From the NCBI GenBank assembly GCA_963825245.1, contig CAWGSJ010000008.1:265736-329735 (forward strand): a stretch of 64,000 bases of DNA, in the 5' to 3' direction. Position numbers and translations under genes: made by a program. This document shows, one piece after another, positions 40,538 to 50,383 of the stretch. Under the pieces are notes generated by a model, which ran no database searches, was not told the DNA's origin, and was given only the letters and a program-made list of their open reading frames with translations. The stretch is from an uncultured Acidobacteriota bacterium (GTDB lineage: Bacteria; Acidobacteriota; Vicinamibacteria; Vicinamibacterales; CAVVIG01). Position 1 is the first letter of the stretch; every line of letters begins with the position of its first letter.

Positions 40538-41624
40538 AGGCGCGCGCCTCGCCGCAGTCCAGGTGGCCCTGTTCCTCGCCGCCATCGGTACACCGCTCGT
40601 CGTCAACCTGACCGGCGTCGACGGCGGCGATCCGCAGACCGAGAACCGCGAGCTGGCGATGCTGAACAAAGGCGTCTTCGCGTGGTTCTCGGATCACTTC
40701 GGCCTGCGGTCGACGCTCGTTCGACTGAATGCTCGGGTCGAGTACGGCCTGAACGCATCCCCGTCGCCGTCGGTCATCCGCGGCCGCGACGGCTGGCTCT
40801 ACTACGGCGAGTCAGATGCCGTCGAGGACTACGTCAGCCGCAGTCCATTGACCGAGCGGGAAGTCGAGGCCTGGCGAGAGACGGTCGTGCGCTCGCGCGA
40901 CTGGCTTCGCGCCCGGGGCACCGCCTACGTCTTCACGATCGCGCCCGACAAGCACGTCATCTACCCCGAGCACATGCCGGCGTCGATGCACCAGGTCGGA
41001 CCATCGCGCCGGATGGACCAGGTGTTGGAGGCTGTCGCCGCCAGCGGCGTGGCGGTCGACGTGCGGCCGGCGGTCGAGGCCGCGAAGTCGGGCGAGCGGG
41101 TGTATCACCTCACTGATTCGCACTGGAACGCGCGCGGCGCGCTGGTCGCCTACCAGTCGATCGTCGCGGCGTTGCGCGCCCAGGATCCCGCCGTCCCGGC
41201 CGCCTGGAAGCGCTCGGACTTCGAAGAGGTCGAGCGGGAAACCGGCGGGCTCGACCTCGCGCGCATGATGGGCCTCAACCGGATGCTGCGAGAGGTCGAT
41301 CTCGCGCTCGTGCCGAAGCGGCGCCGCCTGGCGAAGGTCGTCGATCCGCCGGGCGCCGACCTTTCCGCCGAGCTGGGCCGCCTCGTGACGGCGATTCCCG
41401 GCTCGCACCTGCCGCGCGCGGTGATCTTCCGCGACTCGTTCACGACCGCACTCGCCCCGTTCCTCGCGGAGCATTTCAGCCGCGCGGTCTTTCTCTGGCA
41501 GAAGGATTTCATTCCGGAACAGGTGACCGAAGAGGGCGCGGACGTCGTGATCTACGAAATCGCGGGCCGGCACCTGTACAACTTCGTCGCGTCGCCGGAT
41601 CTCGTACCGGCTGGCGATCACTAG
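40494..41624 (+). CDS. AlgJ/AlgX-like SGNH O-acetyltransferase
   Basis: [34 protein letters not shown]; start codon uncertain. Confidence 0.85.
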   Translation: MRAGAMTHSSTSGSRGARLAAVQVALFLAAIGTPLVVNLTGVDGGDPQTENRELAMLNKGVFAWFSDHFGLRSTLVRLNARVEYGLNASPSPSVIRGRDGWLYYGESDAVEDYVSRSPLTEREVEAWRETVVRSRDWLRARGTAYVFTIAPDKHVIYPEHMPASMHQVGPSRRMDQVLEAVAASGVAVDVRPAVEAAKSGERVYHLTDSHWNARGALVAYQSIVAALRAQDPAVPAAWKRSDFEEVERETGGLDLARMMGLNRMLREVDLALVPKRRRLAKVVDPPGADLSAELGRLVTAIPGSHLPRAVIFRDSFTTALAPFLAEHFSRAVFLWQKDFIPEQVTEEGADVVIYEIAGRHLYNFVASPDLVPAGDH

Positions 41625-41639
41625 TCGCAAAGCTGCGCT

Positions 41640-41748
41640 GTCAACTTTTTTCCAATGGCGGCGGGGCCCCACCCCCGCCGCGAACTTACGCTGATGCCTC
41701 GCCTCGGATAAGAACCGGTTCCTCGGCTCGGCATGGCCGCAGGCGCTT
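41640..41748. repeat. ~105-bp dispersed intergenic repeat, copy 2
   Basis: Near-identical to 21161-21265, same orientation. Confidence 0.85.
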
Positions 41749-41751
41749 GCG

Positions 41752-42396
41752 CTAGATCCGCGTCAGCTCCCTGATCCGCCGCACGATCGCCTCGCGCTGC
41801 GCCGTGTCGACTTCGAAGCCTTCTCGCTCGGCGTGGATGAATTCCTGGATGGTGCGGCGCCCCTTCATCAGGCCGTTGGTGGTGTGCTCCTTGGACTTCA
41901 GCAGGTAGTGGCCGATCTCGTGCGCGAGCGCGCGGCCGAGGGTTCGGCCGAGCAGGAGGAAGCGTTCGGCCGGCGTGATGCGCCTCGCGCTGCCGCCGAC
42001 GCCGCCAACCGACAGGACGAATTGCTCGGCGTTCGCGTGCGAAATATGGATGTCGCCGTCAGGTTCGTCGTCGACGAAGTTGACCCAGCCCATCGGTGAG
42101 GCCGCGCCGCGCGGCGTCCCGCGGCTGTCGTCGATGAGGACGCGCGGCCGCGTCGGGCGAGGCGGGGTGACTTCCGCACGCACGGCTTCGGCCTTCTGCC
42201 ACTTGAACGTGACGCCAGTTGGTCGCCAGATCGCACTCGCTTCTTCCAGCGTGCGGTCGATGATCACCGGCGAAATCGCGGGCGCCGAGTGAACGCTGAT
42301 GGTGACGGTGGGGAGATCGACAGGGCGCTGCGCCGCCGGCTCCGGTGAGCCTGCGATCATCGCCGTCATGGACGCGGCAGCCAGAAGGCTCAGCAT
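41752..42396 (-). CDS. Secreted zincin-like protein
   Basis: Signal-like N-terminus; LAHEIGHYLLKSKEH...GLM resembles a metzincin HExxH..H motif with Met-turn. Confidence 0.7.
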   Translation of the reverse strand: MLSLLAAASMTAMIAGSPEPAAQRPVDLPTVTISVHSAPAISPVIIDRTLEEASAIWRPTGVTFKWQKAEAVRAEVTPPRPTRPRVLIDDSRGTPRGAASPMGWVNFVDDEPDGDIHISHANAEQFVLSVGGVGGSARRITPAERFLLLGRTLGRALAHEIGHYLLKSKEHTTNGLMKGRRTIQEFIHAEREGFEVDTAQREAIVRRIRELTRI

Positions 42397-42405
42397 ACGG
42401 AGAGG

Positions 42406-42434
42406 TTAGACGGGCCCGGCCGCGAGAGGGTTGC
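42406..42434 (-). promoter_or_regulatory. Putative ECF-sigma promoter
   Basis: GCAACC-N16-CGTCTAA a few bases upstream of the ATG, suggesting a leaderless transcript. Confidence 0.4.
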
Positions 42435-42545
42435 GAATCTAGCGTCCTGAGCGACTACCAATACGGGGCAACAAATTCTTGGATTTCAACTGACCGTTCC
42501 CGAACAGTCCGGGCGGGCCTAAAAGGCACGCACTACGAAGCGTGG

Positions 42546-45320
42546 TTACGGCAAATAGATCCCGTTGAACAGGAACTTGAACGTGCCGTGCGGCTGCGCG
42601 CGCCAGGCGATTTCCGGAGCCAAACAGCACCACGCGTCCCTTTGCCGACCTGCGCATCGACGATCTGCACCGTCTGATCGAGGTACTGCTGGCCCCACGC
42701 CCACCCGCTCTTGAGCGGCGTCGCCGATCCGAACCACGCCACCGGCACGACGCCTTCCGCGAGGCGGCGTCGGGCAGCAGCCGGAACGCCTGGCTGTCGT
42801 CGAAGAACACGTTGACGCGATCTGGGATGCCGTAGGCGAGCGGGTGCGACGTATCGACCCGCGCCTCGAGGATCGAGCCGGGGACGAAGAACTTCTCGGA
42901 CGGCAGCGGCGTCGAATCGCCCGCAGCGCCGCGCTCGACCAGCGCGTTGCGGATCGGCAGCCCGAGGTGATAGCCGATCGCGGTCGAGGATCCGATCGCG
43001 AGCAGCCGGCCGCCGGCCTCGACGAACTTGCGGAGTTCCGGCACCGTGCGCGACACGGAGACGCTGCCGAGCCAGTCGCGGAATTCCGCGGGAATGCTCT
43101 CCGGCCGCGGCTGCCCTCCGCCGGCGCCGTCGCGCATCGGGAATCGCGCCGTCGACGAAGATGAGCACGTCGAACTTGCTCGCAAGGTTGCCTTCATCGA
43201 GCGTCTTCGGAAACACGACCTCGAATGGGAACTCGAACTGCTCGAGCAGCCACCGCGTCCAGCCCGACGGCATCGAGCCGCCGTAGGTGTCCCACAAGCC
43301 GACGCGCACCGGACGCAGCGGCACGTCGCGCGATCGCCGGCCGGAACGCTGTCGACGGCATCGATCGTCAGGCCCTTGTCCGCGGCGACCTTCTGCAGGA
43401 TGCGGCGCGTCGTCGCGTTCGCCGGCACGATGATCGTGCCGGCCGGATACGAGCGACCACCCGCGTTGAACGTCCGCGCGGCCTCGCCAGACACGTCCTG
43501 GTTCGCCTGCAGCAGGCGGTTCACGGCCACGAACGCGTCGTTGACCTGCGTGCTGATGACGTAGCCGCCGCCCTGCGGTGCGGCGGTGAAACGTCCCGGC
43601 GACGGCGTGATCACGTCAGGCAGCTTCTCGAACGGGCCGTCGAAGCCGTCGAGGATGCGATCGAACACGATGCCCATCGAGTACGACGAGGTTGTAGCCG
43701 GTGACGTCGTACGGCGGCCGCGGCGGCCCGCCCGGATACGGGATGTCGTTCGGATGATCCTGCGGCTCGAACATGTCCATCACGTGCGCACGGAACGGCT
43801 GCGCCGTCTTGACGACGTACGACCCGGCGGGATACGACTTCCCGCCGGCCGTGAACGGCGCCGTCGCGCGGTGCACGACGACGCCGCCCTTGATGAGGAT
43901 GTTGACGAACTTGGTCGCGGTCAGGAAGTCGGGCTGATCCGACGGAAGGATGAAGCCGCGCGGATCGCGCGCCGCCGGGTCGTGCAGGACGTCGTTGTAG
44001 AACGCCACCGGCGCGCCGCCGCGCCCGCTGCCGCCGTCCTGCCTGGCGATCGCGGCTCGGACTGCGTCGATGCGCTTCGGATAGATCGTCCAGTGGTCGC
44101 GGCTTCCCGTCATCGATCGCGTTCTTCGCCATCCGGTACATGTTGAAGAGGAAGTCCTCCTTGCGCTCGGACGCGATGTCGAGGATGGCGTAGTTGGTCG
44201 TCATCGAGTACTCGATCGACTGCCGGAAGTGCCACGGCCTGCGGCGCGATCGGGTTCGGCACGTCGCCGCGCGGCAGCTGCATCTCCGGCACGAACGGGA
44301 ATCTGCGATCGGCGTCGGGTTGCCGATCATTTCGGTGAGGATGCCGATCTGGTTGTGGAAGTACGACGTCGTCCGGATGCCGCCGTTGAACCAGGTGGAG
44401 TAGCTCGCCGCCGACCGCATCACGGCGCCCGGCTTGCCTTCGACGGCGAGCCGCGTGTGGATCGCCGCGCCGACCAGTCGATGCCGAGCGGGATCAGCGG
44501 ATCGAAGTGGTAGTTGAACGGATCGCGGAACGGCGGCGCGAACAGCACCGCGCCGGCCGGACCGGTCTGATGATGGTTGTACATGATGGCCGGGATACCA
44601 CTCGCGGTACATCATCCGGTTCGCGTTCTCGCTCTCCGGCTGGTTCATCATGTAGAAGTCGCGGTTGTTGTCGTGGCCGATGTACTTCTGGTACAGCCGC
44701 GGCACGCCGGCGGTCGACCGGCGCGCGCTCGTCGGGCTCGCGCATGTACCAGTTCGACACGAGCTCCATGCCGTCGGGATTGATGTTGGTCAGCAGCACG
44801 ATCGCGTCGTTGAGGATCCGGATCGTCTCCGAGTCGGTGCGCGCTGTTCAGCCGGTAGGTCAGCTCGATGAGCTGCGCCGCGCCGAGCACCTCGGTCGCG
44901 TGCAGCCCGCCGTCGATCCAGACGACGATCTTGCCGTCGCGGGCGAGCTGTCGCGCCTGGTCGTCGGTCAGGCCGTCGGCGAGCGCCAGGCGGCGGTTGA
45001 TCTCCTTGAGCTGCGCCAGGCTGCTTGTGGTTCTCAGGCGACGTGACGATGGCGGTGTACTGCGTGCGCCCTTCGGCCGTCTTGCCGATCTCGACGACCG
45101 TCATGCGGTCGGACTCGCGGTCCATCTTCTGGAGGTACTCGACCCACTGCGTGTAGTTGACCAGGAAGTAGTCGTCGCCGATGTTCTTGCCGAATTGTTC
45201 TTTCGGCGTCGTGATCTTCGGCGCGTTCCGGCCCTGGGCGTACGGGATCGCCACGAGCGCCGCGACGACGCACAGGACAGCTGTCGTGCGGACCTTCAGG
45301 CCCGCTGTCGGCTTCACCAT
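42546..45320 (-). CDS. M14-family zinc carboxypeptidase-like protein (many frameshifts)
   Basis: GGLHATE, NPDG, YIGHDNNRD, YNHHQ, MPSGWTRW, TFKFLFNGI across ORF fragments. Confidence 0.85.
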
Positions 45321-45364
45321 CGCACTCCTCACGGGCGCGATTCTAAGCCATTTTCCATGCTGAA

Positions 45365-45443
45365 AACGGAGGCGACGGAGAGAACGGAGAAGACATCATT
45401 GATCTTGAATTCTTCTCCGTTCTGACTCCGTTGCTTCGCCGTT
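45365..45443. repeat. Long imperfect inverted repeat of ACGGAG units
   Basis: AACGGAGGCGACGGAGAGAACGGAGAAGA ... TCTTCTCCGTTCTGACTCCGTTGCTTCGCCGTT. Confidence 0.65.
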
Positions 45444-45482
45444 GTGTTAATCCGTTTCCTCCGCCATCTCCGTGCCCGGCGG

Positions 45483-46492
45483 TCACAGCAACCCGGTGAG
45501 CCAGTGCATGACGTTCAGCGCGAACTGGCGGTTGTCGATGTCGTCGCGGTTCATGCCGAACCGACGGAGGGTGCCGTCGGGCAACCGGGTCGTCTGGGCG
45601 GTAATCATCGCCGCTTCGCCGAGAATGACGACCCGGCCGGCCCCGTGTTCGAGCGCAACGGCCTGCGCCAGCCCGGCCGCCGAACGCCCCTCGTACTTCC
45701 CGGGACTGCCGGAACGGATACTCGCGCGCCGTGCTCGACAGCGTCAGCAGCGCGGCGCCGGCGCCCGGCCGCAGCGCCTGACCGGTGAACGTCATGACGC
45801 GATGGACCTGTTCGCCGGGACTCCGGCCCAGCATGATCGGATGGTCGCCCAGAAGGCCGGCCGTCGCGCGTGAACACGAGGAACCCGGGGTTCGACGTCT
45901 CGGGGTCGTGATGCGCTTCTCGTCCTCGGCCCACCAGTTCGTCATCTCGACGCCGAACGCGGCGGAAAGGCCGGCGGCCGCCGCGCCGGCCGGCGCGTGA
46001 TCGGCCACCAGAAGGAGCGATCCACCGGCGCGCACCCACGCCTCGATTTCGGCGACTTCTTCCGCGGAGATCGCCGCGCCCTGCACGCGCACCAGGCGTT
46101 CGAGGCCGCCGGCATTCAGCGCCTGCTGCAGCATCCCCCGCCATCCGAGCGCGTTCGAGACGACGAGCACGACGCGGGAGTCGAAGCGGCTGGCGTAGCT
46201 ATCGTGGAGCGCCGCGGCCGACAGCGGCCCGACATTCCGCCGCACCCAGAACCCGTCGCGGCGCAGCAAATCGGCGAACGGCGCGTACGTGCCGGACACC
46301 GTGTGAAGGTTGTAGTGCGCCTCGTCGATCACCACCTGCGGGCCGTCCGCGCCCGGTGAACGCTGGCGAGCCGACCTGCGGCACGTACGATGCGTCGGCA
46401 GTCTGCGACGCCGCGACGGCCCACACGACCCCCGCCACGACGAGCACCACCCCGCCGCCAACATCACCGTCGTCTTCTGCGCCGTTCAGCAC
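45483..46492 (-). CDS. Secreted DUF4350/GATase-like-domain protein (frameshifted)
   Basis: VVIDEAHYNLHT, WVRAGGSLLLVADHAP, TFTGQAL, GRVVILGEAAM, NRQFALNVMHWL. Confidence 0.7.
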
Positions 46493-46504
46493 GTTGCTCG
46501 ATTC

Positions 46505-46575
46505 ACGAGCACCCTGCATCCGCAGCACCCTGCACGTCCAGCAAGCACCCTGTCCGGTCCACCCAGCACCTTGCG
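46505..46575. repeat. AGCACCCTG short tandem units
   Basis: AGCACCCTG recurs three times plus an AGCACCTTG variant; related to the units at 30.1 kb. Confidence 0.6.
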
Positions 46576-46588
46576 CTGGACACCCGGC

Positions 46589-46617
46589 TTGACGAGTATA
46601 TCCGTTACGGATACATT
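46589..46617 (+). promoter_or_regulatory. sigma70 promoter with embedded palindrome (putative PadR operator)
   Basis: TTGACG-N17-TACATT, with TATCCG-TTA-CGGATA (46599-46613) overlapping the spacer. Confidence 0.7.
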
Positions 46618-46635
46618 TGCCGCGGGTATAGACCG

Positions 46636-46977
46636 GTGACGCAGCTGACTCCCCTGACGCCTGCCGTGCTCCACGTGCTCCTGGCCCTGGCCGAGGGCCA
46701 GCGGCATGGCTACGCCATCCTCAAGGACGTCGAGCGGCAGACCGACGGCGCGGTGCGGATGGGCCCGGGCACGCTGTACGGCACGCTCCAGCGCTTGATG
46801 GAACAGGGGCTCGTCGAAGAAGCGGCCGGGCCGGCGCGGCCGGTCGACGAGCGGCGCCGGTACTACCAGCTGACCAAGTCCGGCCGCGCGGCGCTCAAGG
46901 TGGAAGTCGAACGGATGGAGACGCTCGTCCGCACCGCCCGCGCGCGGCGGGTCGCGGCGCGGCCGTCCCGCGGTTGA
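46636..46977 (+). CDS. PadR-family transcriptional regulator
   Basis: HGYAILKDV, GPGTLYGTLQRL, RRRYYQLT. Confidence 0.92.
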   Translation: MTQLTPLTPAVLHVLLALAEGQRHGYAILKDVERQTDGAVRMGPGTLYGTLQRLMEQGLVEEAAGPARPVDERRRYYQLTKSGRAALKVEVERMETLVRTARARRVAARPSRG

Positions 46978-46990
46978 TCGGAGGTCCCAG

Positions 46991-47444
46991 ATGGTGGCGC
47001 GATCGTCCGTCGCTGACGTCATCTACCGCGCGATCCTGCGCCTGTACCCCGCCCGTTTCCAGGAAGACTTCGCGTCCGACATGGCGCTCGACTTCGCCGA
47101 CGCGAGCGACGAGGCCTGGATCGAACGCCGGTGGACCGGCTTGATCGGCGTGTGGACCGGCAGCTGCCGTCGACGTCGCGCGCAGCCTGACCCTGCAGTG
47201 GATGCGCACGCACCTCCCGCTGATTGCCATCGTCTCGTTCGGCATTGCCTTGTCGACGGCAGCCATCGCGCAGACCATCACGCCGAAGGGACCGTTCTTC
47301 GCGAACGTCAAGCCCAGTGACCGCGATCTGGTCACGCTGATCCTGCTCACCGCCTGCGTGCTCCTGGTCATCGCCAGCACGATCATCTTCACGCTCTGGT
47401 TCCTGCGTCCCCTGCTCTACCGCCGCAGCGCACGAAAGCGCTGA
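46991..47444 (+). CDS. PadR-associated membrane protein (frameshift near 47165)
   Basis: YRAILRLYPARFQEDFASDM motif plus two TM helices. Confidence 0.7.
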
Positions 47445-47455
47445 TCTGGCCTCCG

Positions 47456-48224
47456 ATGCTCGAGGCCCGCGCGCTCACGAAGCGGTATGGTGGCTTTCTC
47501 GCGGTCGATCGCGTCAACTTCACGATCCAGCGCGGCGAAATCCTCGGTTATCTCGGTCCGAACGGATCCGGCAAGAGCACCACGGTCAACATGGTCGTCG
47601 GGCTGCTGGACTCGACCAGCGGATCGATCGCGCTCGACGGCCGCACGCTCGGCGAGGATCCGGTAGCCTACAAGCGCCGGATCGGCTACGTCCCGGAAGA
47701 GCCTTATCTCTACACGCAGCTCACGGCCGGCGAATACCTGACGCTCGCCGGCACGCTGCGCGGCCTGCCGCCGACGCTCCTGGCGCACAAGATCGACCGG
47801 CTGCTCCGGCTGTTCCTCCTGCACGACAGCCGCTACGCCGCGATGTCGGCGTACTCGAAAGGCATGCGCCAGCGCGTGCTGCTCGCCGCCGCGCTGCTGC
47901 ACGATCCGGACCTGCTCGTGCTCGACGAGCCGTTCTCGGGCCTCGATGTGACCGCCGGGCTGCTCTTCCGCGCGCTGCTCACGCTGCTGTCGGCGGAAGG
48001 ACGCATGGTGCTGTTCAGCTCGCACCGGCTCGACGTGGTGCAGACGGGTCTGCTCTCGTGTCGTGATTCTCTCCCACGGGCGCATCGTCGCCGAGGAAGA
48101 CGTGCGCCGCCGCCTCGGCGGCGACACGGGGCAGTCGCTGGAGGACGTGTTCATCGCCGTCACCGCGCCCGACGATTACTCGGCGCTGGCGCGCGAGATC
48201 TTCGACGTGGTACGCACCGCATGA
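47456..48224 (+). CDS. ABC transporter ATP-binding protein (frameshift near 48050)
   Basis: GPNGSGKST, YSKGMRQR, LVLDEPF, SSH; C-terminal SLEDVF in another frame ending at ATGA. Confidence 0.9.
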
Positions 48225-49903
48225 CCGACGCCGGGAGAGCGCTGACCCGCCATTTCGTCCGTCATTTCCTCGACGTCGGCTTCATGACGAGCGACGGTTC
48301 CGACGGCGTGCGCCGCGCGTTGCTGGGCGCGCTGTCGGCGGTCATCACGATCGGCCTGTTTCTCCCCCGGTTGATGCTCGGGAAGTACGCCGGCATCCGC
48401 GGCATTCCGGAGGTGTATGTCGCGATGGTGATTGGCGACACGCTGATGACGTTCGCCTTCGCCATGCTCCTCTCCGCCTTTGCCGCGGCGTTCGCCGGCG
48501 ATTCGATGTTCCCCGACGAGACCGACTTCCGCGTGCTGACACCGCTGCCGGTCAGCCGGGCGTTCGTGTTCTCGGCGAAGCTGCGCGCCGTCGCAATGTA
48601 CCTCGGCCTGGCGATCGTCGTTGTCTCGCTGGCGTTGCAGGTGCCGTACACGGCGATCAGCGGCGGCCCGCACGCCGGTCCCTGGATGGCCCGCGCCTTC
48701 GTGAATTCAGGCGCCAGCATGCTGGCGTCGCTCTTCGCGGCGACCGCCGTAATGGCGGTGCAGGGTCTGATCCTCCTCTGCGCGCCCCGCGGCCTGTTGC
48801 GGCCGATGGCCGTCGGCGCGCGCACGACGATGTTGTGCGGCGTCATCCTGCTCATGCCGCTGGCCGGCCGCTTGCCCAGCCAGGCACGAGGATTCGGCGC
48901 CGAATCGGCGTTCTTGTATCTCGCGCCGCCGGCGTGGTTCGTCGGTCTGCAGCGCGCGGCGCTTGGCGCGGCCGACGGCTACGACATCAAGATGGGCATC
49001 ATCGCGCTGGCAGCCTTGGCCCTGACATCTGCGATCGTGGCGGCGTGTTATGTGGTGTTGTACCGGCGGTTCGACGTGCTGATGCTGAGTCAGAGCCACG
49101 CGGCCGGCGTCCGAGCGCGGCGAGCGGTCCACGTCAAGCCGGACGCGACGACATTGACGGGCGTGGTCGCACGCTTTTCCATCAGGACACTCTGGCGAAG
49201 TCCACTGCACCAGGTCGTCTTCCTCGGAGTGACCGCTTGCGGGGTGGGATGGAGCCTCAACGGGCTGCTGGGCGGCGGCCTTCTGAGCTGGCTGCGTGAC
49301 GGCGGCGTACCGCCGCCGCGGCTGGTCTCCGCGGTCACGACGCTGCCGTTCGTCCTGTTGTTGACCGGCGTCACGGGCCTGCGCGCCGCGCTGATGCTGC
49401 CCCAGGATCCCCGCGCCAACTGGATCTTCCGGCTGCGCGAAGACGACGAGCATCGCGCGGCGCAACTGGACGCCGTCGAGCGCCTCTTCATGCGACTGGT
49501 GGTCTGGCCGGTTCTGGTCTGCAGCTGTCCCCTGCAGTTGGCGGTGCTGGGCGCCGATGCCGTGACGGCGCTACCGATTGCCTATCTGGCTGGCGTCTTT
49601 CTCGTCGAGCTCGCGATCCGCACCTGGCGGCGAATCCCGTTCACCTGCGGCTATATTCCAGGCAAGCGGAACGTCGCGCTGACGTTCCTGATCGCACTCG
49701 TCTCGTACGTATTCTTCACCACCATCGGCGCAGGGCTGACCTCGCTCAGCCGCCTCCATCCATCCCGCTTCCTGATTGCGGCCGGGATCCTGATCATCGC
49801 CGTCGCCCTTCTGCGCCGCCACCGCCTGCGCGAGTGGGGCCAATCACCGCTGATGTTCGACGACGACCCGCCAGAATTCGCTCAACCGCTGCAGCTGCTC
49901 TGA
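48221..49903 (+). CDS. Polytopic ABC permease-like membrane protein
   Basis: Many TM helices, DFRVLTPLPV, ANWIFR, IPFTCGY; coupled to the ATPase. Confidence 0.8.
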   Translation: MTDAGRALTRHFVRHFLDVGFMTSDGSDGVRRALLGALSAVITIGLFLPRLMLGKYAGIRGIPEVYVAMVIGDTLMTFAFAMLLSAFAAAFAGDSMFPDETDFRVLTPLPVSRAFVFSAKLRAVAMYLGLAIVVVSLALQVPYTAISGGPHAGPWMARAFVNSGASMLASLFAATAVMAVQGLILLCAPRGLLRPMAVGARTTMLCGVILLMPLAGRLPSQARGFGAESAFLYLAPPAWFVGLQRAALGAADGYDIKMGIIALAALALTSAIVAACYVVLYRRFDVLMLSQSHAAGVRARRAVHVKPDATTLTGVVARFSIRTLWRSPLHQVVFLGVTACGVGWSLNGLLGGGLLSWLRDGGVPPPRLVSAVTTLPFVLLLTGVTGLRAALMLPQDPRANWIFRLREDDEHRAAQLDAVERLFMRLVVWPVLVCSCPLQLAVLGADAVTALPIAYLAGVFLVELAIRTWRRIPFTCGYIPGKRNVALTFLIALVSYVFFTTIGAGLTSLSRLHPSRFLIAAGILIIAVALLRRHRLREWGQSPLMFDDDPPEFAQPLQLL

Positions 49904-49924
49904 CTACAGCTCCTCTCCTTCGAC

Positions 49925-50215
49925 TTAGTGGCCGCCAAAAACCACATACCCCCGCTTGCGGAGGCTGTCGGCGAGCATGACCTCCATCTCCTTCGCACGC
50001 GCGTACGACATCGGGTTGAGGTGCGCGTAAAGCTTCGGCACGAGCCGGATCCCGAATTTCCTCACGACCCGCGCCGCCTTGATCCCGTTGCGGTGGTTCT
50101 CGAACCGCTGCTCCGGCGAGAGGCCGGTCATGCCGACGTAGTAACCGGCCTTGCCGTCACGTTTCGGGTTCCGCAGGTAGACCACGTAGACCGAATGATG
50201 CCCGCGCTTGGCCAC
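49925..50215 (-). CDS. Small GIY-YIG-like protein
   Basis: SVYVV...YYVGMT...RFENH...E pattern of the GIY-YIG fold. Confidence 0.65.
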   Translation of the reverse strand: MAKRGHHSVYVVYLRNPKRDGKAGYYVGMTGLSPEQRFENHRNGIKAARVVRKFGIRLVPKLYAHLNPMSYARAKEMEVMLADSLRKRGYVVFGGH

Positions 50216-50252
50216 GTTCAGGTTCTCGTCGGTCCAGACTGCAAGCTTTAGC

Positions 50253-50345
50253 GCCCGAGTGCGAAGTCCCGAGTCCCGAGTCTCTGGGCCCTAGCCCAGA
50301 GTCCCGAGCCCTTGGGCGCCGTAGCGCGAAGCGCGAAGGCGGCCC
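50253..50345. repeat. AGTCCCG short tandem units plus a CCGTAGCG..GCGAAGG palindrome
   Basis: AGTCCCGAGTCCCGAGT; the palindrome is similar to 11424-11451. Confidence 0.5.
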
Positions 50346-50383
50346 GAATCAGAGTAGAATTCCCCGCACCTGGGGGTGTCGGG

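Noticed and set aside
42546-45320. Programmed frameshifting or pseudogenisation of the M14 peptidase
   Set aside because: Indels are numerous, lack slippery sites and match the regional error pattern.
47456-49903. 815-aa ABC ATPase-permease fusion
   Set aside because: The ATPase C-terminus (SLEDVF) lies in another frame ending at ATGA 48221-48224; the fusion comes from an indel.
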